Source: Archangiaceae bacterium
Lineage (GTDB): Bacteria; Myxococcota; Myxococcia; Myxococcales; Myxococcaceae
Direction of reading: 5' to 3'
Assembly: GCA_043750125.1 (NCBI GenBank)
Contig: JAYVCD010000114.1
Coordinates: 1-17,832, forward strand
DNA: 17,832 bases
In this document: positions 11,518 through 17,832 of the stretch, piece after piece
Layout of the letters: every line of letters starts with the position of its first letter
Numbering within the stretch: position 1 is the first letter of the stretch
Notes under the pieces: generated by a model
Told to the model about the DNA's origin: nothing
Seen by the model: only the letters and a program-made list of their open reading frames with translations
Database searches by the model: none
Program-made: the position numbers and the translations under genes

Positions 11518-13352
11518 TCAGCGCAGGCTGGGTGCCGAGGAGCAAACATCGGTGCTGTCGCGCGGTTGGGTCACCCTGGGGATTCCCCGTGCGAAGGTCG
11601 CGAGGAAACAGCGGTATTGGTATTTGGGGCCCGCGGTCTGAAAGACGATTTCGTGCCCGTCCAGCAGCCCGTCTCCCAGTCGTTGGACCACCGCTCCGGT
11701 CAGGGGGGAGCCGCCTGCCCGTTCGAGGTTTCCCGCAACCGGGTAGGGCACCACCGAGCGGCCCGAAAAGGCCGCCACATCGCGGAACGCAGCGAACTCT
11801 TTGAGCTCGGGGCTCGCGGCGTCCAGCTCGTCGCCGGCCAGATCCAGCCGCATCGACAGCGACGAGGCGTTGGCCATCGGCGGCAGAATGTAATGATCGA
11901 CGATGCCCTGGAACATCAGCACGTGGGTATTCATCCGGCCGCCATACAGCGAAGGGTCAGCCGCTTCCGCCGACCACTGCATCAGCGACACGCCCGGGTC
12001 ACCCGCGGTCACCGGGTACAACCGGGCGGTGTAGCCGAGCATGAATTCGGTGATGTGCCGCACCGGGAGGGGCTTTTGTTTGTAGAGCAGGTTGTTGATC
12101 CAGCTGCCCCCCGAGCCGCTGAGGATCGCCGCTTTGTAGCGGGGCTCGAAGGCCAGTGCGAGCGGGGCAATCGTCGCTCCCATCGAGTGGGCAAACAGCG
12201 CCAGCCGCGAGGTGTCGAACCGGACCTTGCTCCCTTCGAGCCACCCACAGCCCTGCGCGTCGACGGTGAGTGTCTCGAGCAGCCGCGCGGTGAGCATCAG
12301 CTCGGCGGCCGACTGTCGGATGTTGTCGCGGTTGCTGCCGGTTCCGGTGCGCGAGAACACCACGGTCGGAAAGCCGCCCGCGGGCATCGGGGCGCGGGGC
12401 AGGGTGACGATCACTCCAGCCCTCTCGTAGCTCTGGCGCACCGGAAGGCCCGCGCGATCAAAGACCCAGGTTCCGCCGGTTCGCTCGTAGGGCGGCTCGC
12501 CCGATTGGTACTGCGGCATGTCGATGGTGGTCTCGTAGACGCAAAACTTCGGGAACGTCTCGACGGCAACCCAAGGTGCGTTGGGCTTCGGCGTTTCGCT
12601 CAGCAGGGCCTGGCGCACCGCTTCCATTCCCGACAGCGGAGCTCCGGTACGGAACACGGCGATCGCCGCGAGATCTTCGACGAGGCTCAACTTGGTCAAG
12701 ACGTCGACCGCGTCGCGGATCTCGACCCGCGCTGAAGGAGACAGGCCGGCGGGGGTCCCGCCCCTGATCAGCGTCTGCAGCGCCGGTGCGACGCCCAGTG
12801 CGCGGCCCCATTGATCGTGGACCCTCACGGTGACGACCGCCGCGTACACCGTCGATTCGGCCAGCGGGACGCCTTGGTACGGAAGCACCGTCAGCAGGTT
12901 GGGCGCCCCGAAGCGTCCCCCATCGGCATGGACGACGACCTCGATCGGGGTGCGGTGCCCGTAGGACGGGGACTTCGGGTCGACGTTGACCAGATAGATC
13001 GAGCCTCGAGAGCTGATGCTCGCGGCGGGGGTGGGCAGGCTCGCGGGGGCAAGCGGCGCGGAACCGGCGAAAAAATGCCTGCAGTCGTCGAGAACCCACG
13101 GGCCTCTGAACTCAATTGCGCGAGAGCTGCGTCGACCACCGTGGCCTTCCCCCGGCCGGGAAACGCAGAAAGGTCGATGCTTCCGTCGGCCTTCCGCAGG
13201 TCTTCGTTCGGAAAAGGCGCACTGTAGAAGCCGCCACTTCGCGTGTAGTCCATCTGGATGAAGGTCGCCCCCGAGGGTTCCTCAGGAGCCTGATCACAAA
13301 CAGGCGAGAGGATGACTCCGACCAGGGCAATCAGCAGGTTCATCCATTTCAT
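11518..13352 (-). pseudogene. Frameshifted secreted alpha/beta-hydrolase (lipase/esterase-like) gene; the ORF-track pieces 12891-13352 and 11518-12888 are one gene
   Basis: GAGGAG RBS, ATG at 13352, hydrophobic signal peptide. Adding one T to the T6 run (13070-13075) joins ...GFSTTAGIF to FAGSAPLAPASLP...IYLVNVDPKSP...PNLLTVLPYQGVPL, giving about 611 aa. Nucleophile elbow AHSMG; candidate Asp (GIVDHY) and His (DGHEIVF). Confidence 0.75.
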
Positions 13353-13364
13353 CCGCGCTCCTCA

Positions 13365-13393
13365 CTAAAAGCGCAGCATTCGACCGTGCGCTT
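13365..13393 (-). terminator. Possible weak intrinsic terminator downstream of fhs
   Basis: Minus strand AAGCGCA-11 nt-TGCGCTT running into TTAG (GCGCA stem followed by TTTT), immediately upstream of the hydrolase RBS. Confidence 0.35.
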
Positions 13394-13433
13394 CAAACAA
13401 CCCTCCTCGCCAAGGATCGCATTCCGCGGGCCA

Positions 13434-13460
13434 ACGGTCCTAGGCCCGGTGTAGGACCGT
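13434..13460 (-). other. Stem-loop 6 bp after the fhs stop codon
   Basis: ACGGTCCTA (13434-13442) and TAGGACCGT (13452-13460) form a perfect 9-bp inverted repeat; no strong U-tract. Confidence 0.5.
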
Positions 13461-13466
13461 CTCGTC

Positions 13467-15083
13467 TCAGGTCAGCCCGGTAACGGTGCCGTCGACCGAG
13501 AGATCCAGGTGATGGGCCGCAGGCACGCGCGGCAACCCCGGCATTGTTAGGATTTCTCCGGTGAGGGCGAGCAGAAAGCCCGCGCCCGCCCGCACCCGCA
13601 CTTCGCGGACGGTGACGGTGAAGTTCGTCGGAGCGCCATGTGAGGCCGCGTCATCGGACAGCGAGAGGTGGGTTTTCGCCATGCACACCGGCAGCAGGCC
13701 GTACCCGTCTTTGATTGCCTTGCCGAGTTGTGCGCGCGCTTCGCGGGTGATCTCAATCGCTGTGGCGCCGTAGACCCGAGTGGCGATCGCGCGAATCTTT
13801 TCTTCCGCTGACGCCTCGAGCGGGTAGCAGAATTTTGCAGCGGGCACAGGCCCCTTGACCGTGTCGATCACGAGGTCCGCCAGGGCGAGCGAGCCTTTGC
13901 TTCCCTCGATGAATCCGGTGTTTCGCGCGCACGCTGCGCCTTCGGTCGCAGTGAGCTTTTCGATCAGCTCCAGCTCTTCAGGCTTGTCGTCGCCGAAGAC
14001 GTTGATCGCCACGATCGCCCTCAAACCGAAGGTGTGGCGAATCGCGTGAAGGTGACGCGCGACATTCTCGAAGCCCTTCTCGACGGTCCCGAGCCCCGGG
14101 GTGTCGCCGCCATGAAACCGCAGCGCGCGAACGGTGACGACCAGCACCACGCACGAGGGCCACAGGCCGGCTTGACGGCACTTCAAATCGAGGAATTTCT
14201 CGCCTCCAAGTTCGAAGGCAAACCCGGCTTCGGTGCAGACGATGTCGGCCAAACCCAGCGCCGAACGGGTGGCGGCGATCGAATTGCAGCCGTGGGCGAT
14301 GTTGGCGAAGGGGCCCCCATGCACGAACGCCGGTGCGCCCTCGCAGGTCTGGGCCAGGTTCGGGAGCACTGCCTCGCTCAGCAACGCGGCCATTGCGCCG
14401 ACCGCCTCGAGGTCGTTGGCGGTGACCTGTTTGCCGCTGGGGTCGGTGCCGACGATCAGCCGCCCCAGACGCTTCTTCAAATCGTCGAGCCCGTCGGCCA
14501 GACACAACACCGCCATCACTTCCGACGCGGCGGTGATGTCAAAGCCGTCTTCCCGCGGGGTCCCGTGCGCCGGCCCGCCCAGCCCAATCACCGTGTTGCG
14601 CAGAAACCGATCGTTCAAATCGAGGCACCGCTTCCAGCTGATCTGCTTCAGTGGCGCGGGAGCCTGAAAGTGCAGCGCGTTGTCCGCGAGCGCGGCGAGC
14701 AGGTTGTTGGCTGAAGTGATCGCGTGAAGATCGCCGGTGCAGTGCATGTTGATTTTTGCTGACGGCTCGAGCGTGGCCCGGCCGCCTCCGGTTCCCCCGC
14801 CTTTGGCTCCAAAAATGGGACCCAGCGAGGGCTCGCGCAGGGCTGCCATCGCGCGAACGCCCCGGGCGACGAGTCCCTGGGTCAAACCGATGGTGGTGGT
14901 CGTCTTGCCCTCGCCGTATTTGGTGGGTGTCATCGCCGAGACGAGCACCAGCTTTCCGCGGACCGCCTGATTGCGAAGCCGTTCGGCCGTCGGCCAGGAA
15001 AGCTTCGCCAGGTGGGGACCACAGAGCAGAAGGTCTTCGCCCGACAGTTCGAGCAAGCGAGCGACTTCGAGAATTGGGCGCAT
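13467..15083 (-). CDS. fhs: Formate--tetrahydrofolate ligase
   Basis: TPTKYGEGKTTTTIGL, LREPSLGP, KGGGTGGG, TGDLHAITSANNL, GFDITAASEVMA, HGGPFANIAHGCNS, PVCMAKTHLSLSD and ILTMPGLP. Confidence 0.97.
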   Translation of the reverse strand: MRPILEVARLLELSGEDLLLCGPHLAKLSWPTAERLRNQAVRGKLVLVSAMTPTKYGEGKTTTTIGLTQGLVARGVRAMAALREPSLGPIFGAKGGGTGGGRATLEPSAKINMHCTGDLHAITSANNLLAALADNALHFQAPAPLKQISWKRCLDLNDRFLRNTVIGLGGPAHGTPREDGFDITAASEVMAVLCLADGLDDLKKRLGRLIVGTDPSGKQVTANDLEAVGAMAALLSEAVLPNLAQTCEGAPAFVHGGPFANIAHGCNSIAATRSALGLADIVCTEAGFAFELGGEKFLDLKCRQAGLWPSCVVLVVTVRALRFHGGDTPGLGTVEKGFENVARHLHAIRHTFGLRAIVAINVFGDDKPEELELIEKLTATEGAACARNTGFIEGSKGSLALADLVIDTVKGPVPAAKFCYPLEASAEEKIRAIATRVYGATAIEITREARAQLGKAIKDGYGLLPVCMAKTHLSLSDDAASHGAPTNFTVTVREVRVRAGAGFLLALTGEILTMPGLPRVPAAHHLDLSVDGTVTGLT

Positions 15084-15198
15084 GCGCGCGTTCTAAGCAT
15101 GCATCCATCCGCGCCGGCTCCTTTCCGGCGAGCTCCAAGCCCCTTCTTCGCAATGGGAATCTGTACGTGCGCACCGGTAAATCAACTAAGCGCGAGGA

Positions 15199-16044
15199 GT
15201 GCCTTCCGACGCGGACATTCTCAAAGCCCTCACCTCGGCGCTGCAAGACAGTCTGATGGTCGTCGCGCCGCCGGGGTGGACGGAGGTCGATCTCGAAATC
15301 GCCGGGTCGCCCCAGGGGCTCCGGGTGCAGGCGTTGTCGTCGAAAGGCAATGGCGCGAACCAGCCGCCTGCTCGCGCTCCGTTGAACATCGAGCCGCGGG
15401 AAGAAGCGACCCGCCTGGGCGAAGGGCTGACCGAGTTGACCCGCATTCTGGCCACCCACGGCAAGGGCTGGGACGGCGGCAAGGTGAAGGTCACCCGAAG
15501 TAGGGACTTCACCGATTGGAAGTTGCTGTTGCCCGACGGCTCGGTGCGCTGGTTTGCTCGGCTGCTCCAAAGCGATCTCGACACGCTGATCTTTACCGAT
15601 GATCTGTTCGACCTGCTGCGCGGCACCGAGCGTGCGTTTCATTCGCTGCAAGGAGCATTCGCGCAGAAATTGGGTCCCACCACCGGCCACACATACTCCG
15701 AAGAGGATCAGCTGCTGACCCTGACTTCGGCCCAGGGGGTCGTGCGAGCGCCCGCCCAGCTGGTCGGCAGCTACACGCGCGAAAATTTCCTATGGGTCTG
15801 GGGGTGGGCTGTCGAGGACCTGGCACCGGGGTGCTGCGAGAAGGTCAAACGGGTCTGCGATCCCCCGACGGCGCAGGCGGGGCTCGCCGCTCTGTGGCGC
15901 GATCACTTTCACTGCGATGAAGGGTTCGCCTGGGCGCTGGCTGCCCACGTGAGCGTGGCGGTAGGGGCTCGAGGGCTCGTGCGGGCTGAAGTCCCGGGGC
16001 TGCCGGTCATCGTCCTCTATGCGGTGATGGAGAACCCCGCCTAA
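15199..16044 (+). CDS. Hypothetical protein with a C-terminal DUF6882-like domain (281 aa)
   Basis: Clean GC3-biased ORF divergent from fhs. C-terminal AQLVGSY...LWVWGWA resembles the DUF6882 pattern as recalled; the N-terminal half is unassigned. Confidence 0.65.
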   Translation: MPSDADILKALTSALQDSLMVVAPPGWTEVDLEIAGSPQGLRVQALSSKGNGANQPPARAPLNIEPREEATRLGEGLTELTRILATHGKGWDGGKVKVTRSRDFTDWKLLLPDGSVRWFARLLQSDLDTLIFTDDLFDLLRGTERAFHSLQGAFAQKLGPTTGHTYSEEDQLLTLTSAQGVVRAPAQLVGSYTRENFLWVWGWAVEDLAPGCCEKVKRVCDPPTAQAGLAALWRDHFHCDEGFAWALAAHVSVAVGARGLVRAEVPGLPVIVLYAVMENPA

Positions 16045-16067
16045 GCTCGCCTAAGCTCGCCTAAGCT
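16038..16067 (+). repeat. Tandem repeat (CGCCTAAGCT) x3
   Basis: Three perfect 10-bp copies at 16038, 16048 and 16058; the first contains the TAA stop of the upstream gene. Confidence 0.92.
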
Positions 16068-16074
16068 GCGTGAG

Positions 16075-17832
16075 GTGAGGGGGCTTGCGATGACGGTCGT
16101 TCTGCTCCTGTCCGCGATCGCGGGCGCCGCAGACGTAGAGGTCAACTCCTCTTTCAACCGACGACCAATCTCCTCGCTGATCTACGGAATCAACTTCGGC
16201 AGCGACGCCCAGGCAGCGCGCATCGGCGCCACGGTTCGCCGGTTCGGCGGCAACAGCTGGAGCCGTTACAACTGGAAAGCTTCAGCCACCAACGAAGGCG
16301 GCGACCTTCACTATTACAAGAACCTGCTGCTGCCTGCGCCGGACGCGGGCACGGCTCCAGACTTTGCGGACCGATTCATTCAAAGCTCGAAGTCGAATGG
16401 GTCCTATTCGCTGATCGAAGTTCCGATCATGGGGTGGGTGGCGAAGCCGGGAAGCTCGGCGGGAATTCCCTTCACCTGCGGCTTCCGGGTCAGCATCTAC
16501 GGGGCCCAGTCGGGGGTAGATCCGGCCGATCCTGATTGCGGCAATGGCTTTTTGCCCAACGACGCCGGAACCATCGCGGGCAACGATCCTTTCGAGACTT
16601 CGATCGCCATCGACGCCGGGTTCGTCACTGAATGGGTGCAGCACCTGGTGGCGACCCACGGCACTGCAACCGATGGGGGCGTGCGCTTCTACAACCTTGG
16701 AAACCAGCCGGGGTTGTGGCACCAGACACACCGCGACGTGCACCCCCAGCGGGCCAGCTATTCGGAGATCAGCGACCGATTCAGTCAGTATTCGGTTGCG
16801 GTGAAGGACGTAGATCCGGGAGCGCAGACGTTGGGACCTGCCGCCTGGGGTTGGCTCGAGTATTTCAACAGCGCGAACTTCGACGCTGCCGATGCGGGGG
16901 TCGACTTCACGCCCTTTTATCTGCGTCAGGCGCAGTTGCTGTCGATGTCTGCGGGTCACCGGTTGCTCGACTATCTCGATTTCCATGTCTACCCCCAGGC
17001 GCTGAACGTCACAGATGGGTTGACCGACGCGGTGACGAACGCGATGCGGCTGAGGTCGACGCGAATTCTCTGGGACCCGAGCTACACGGTCGAGAGCTGG
17101 GAAGTGTGTTGTGGCCCTACCGACCAGCAGATCTTGAATCGGATGAAGGGGTGGATCGCTGCCGAGTTTCCCGGGACGAAGATCGCTCTGTCGAGCTACT
17201 ACTTCGGCGCGCTCAACCACGTGAATGGAGCGCTGACCCAGGCTGAGCTCTTCGGCATCTTTGCCCGCGAAGGAGTGGAGCTTGCCGCGCTCGAAGCGCC
17301 GCTTCCGGACAATGCGATTGGCGAAGACGCCTTCAAGCTGTTCCGGAACTTCGATGGAGCGGGCAGCCAGTATGGCGATACCTCTGTCTTCGCCGCGAGC
17401 ACGGTGCCGGATGTCGTCAGCGCATTCGCCTCGTACGACCTGGGCGGCCACGTGATGGTGGTTTTGATCAACAAGGATCCTGCGGCAGCCCAACCGGTCA
17501 ACGTGACCTTCGTCGGAGTCAGCGGCTCGGGATCCTGGCGTTCATTTGGCTTCGGGCCCACGGCTCGTCTTGGCCCCGCCGGCGCCGGTACCGTCACTGG
17601 GGGAACGCTTCAGGTGACGCTTCCCGCGTACACCGCCCAGTTGATCGAGTTCACTCCGGCCGGGGGCATTCCGGCCGACGCGGGCTATCAGGACGCAGGC
17701 TTTGACGCGGGCAGCGATGCCGGCCTCGACGGGAGCGGTGGTGGGGGCGGCGGCGCAGGCGGCGGTGGCTCCGGTGGCGGCTCGGGCGGTGGCGAGGGAG
17801 GCGGCTCGGGCGGCGGCGGCGCGGGCGGCGGC
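16075..17832 (+). CDS. Secreted glycoside hydrolase family 44-like protein with substituted catalytic residues and a DAG/poly-Gly linker; 3'-truncated, not in the ORF track
   Basis: Manual translation from GTG 16075 (or ATG 16090) is open to the window end. Signal peptide MRGLAMTVVLLLSAIAGA, then RPISSLIYGINF, RFGGNSWSRYNW, VPIMGWVAK, LWHQTHRDVHP, VKDVDP, RLLDYLDFHVYPQ, RLRSTRILWDPSY, GIFAREG, FRNFDGAG and VVLINKD, all characteristic of GH44. Confidence 0.9.
   Translation, partial: MRGLAMTVVLLLSAIAGAADVEVNSSFNRRPISSLIYGINFGSDAQAARIGATVRRFGGNSWSRYNWKASATNEGGDLHYYKNLLLPAPDAGTAPDFADRFIQSSKSNGSYSLIEVPIMGWVAKPGSSAGIPFTCGFRVSIYGAQSGVDPADPDCGNGFLPNDAGTIAGNDPFETSIAIDAGFVTEWVQHLVATHGTATDGGVRFYNLGNQPGLWHQTHRDVHPQRASYSEISDRFSQYSVAVKDVDPGAQTLGPAAWGWLEYFNSANFDAADAGVDFTPFYLRQAQLLSMSAGHRLLDYLDFHVYPQALNVTDGLTDAVTNAMRLRSTRILWDPSYTVESWEVCCGPTDQQILNRMKGWIAAEFPGTKIALSSYYFGALNHVNGALTQAELFGIFAREGVELAALEAPLPDNAIGEDAFKLFRNFDGAGSQYGDTSVFAASTVPDVVSAFASYDLGGHVMVVLINKDPAAAQPVNVTFVGVSGSGSWRSFGFGPTARLGPAGAGTVTGGTLQVTLPAYTAQLIEFTPAGGIPADAGYQDAGFDAGSDAGLDGSGGGGGGAGGGGSGGGSGGGEGGGSGGGGAGGG
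17677..17832 (+). repeat. Low-complexity coding linker: (x-DAG) x4 followed by a Gly-rich GGC tract
   Basis: Translates as ADAGYQDAGFDAGSDAGLDGSGGGGGGAGGGGSGGGSGGGEGGGSGGGGAGGG. Confidence 0.85.

Noticed and set aside
13066..13080. Programmed -1 ribosomal frameshift at the T6 run
   Set aside because: In the zero frame the codons (GGC ATT TTT TCG) do not form a canonical X XXY YYZ heptamer, and no clear stimulator was seen. An indel is the simpler explanation.
15084..15198. ZTP (pfl) or THF riboswitch upstream of fhs
   Set aside because: Such switches often precede fhs, but I could not find their conserved sequence elements in this 115-bp divergent region. An Infernal/Rfam scan would settle it.
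16038..16067. CRISPR-like array
   Set aside because: The units are only 10 bp, directly adjacent with no spacers, and there are no cas genes in the window.
16282..17493. 403-aa minus-strand ORF offered by the ORF track
   Set aside because: It is the antisense shadow of the plus-strand GH44 gene, which the track omitted because it has no stop codon within the window.

Overview
GC-rich bacterial chromosomal window, probably Myxococcota (inferred from the Cys-rich lipoprotein, DAG/poly-Gly linker and split complex I operon). Left to right: a 5'-truncated ABC-F ATPase coupled to a Cys-rich lipoprotein (+). Then a long minus-strand run transcribed as nuoC-nuoD-nuoG-nuoH-nuoI (partial complex I operon with its own sigma70-like promoter; no nuoA/B/E/F/J-N), ampG, a thioredoxin-like [2Fe-2S] ferredoxin and a membrane metallophosphoesterase with an internal twin-arginine motif. 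Next are a frameshifted and apparently internally deleted secreted alpha/beta-hydrolase gene (-), fhs (-) and a divergent DUF6882-type protein (+). The window ends in a 3'-truncated secreted GH44-family protein (+) that is absent from the ORF track. The most striking observation is that this GH44 protein has both catalytic glutamates replaced (NEP->NQP, TEY->SSY) and carries repeated Asp-Ala-Gly motifs, suggesting a non-catalytic glycan-binding surface protein. No RNA genes, CRISPR arrays or mobile elements were recognised.
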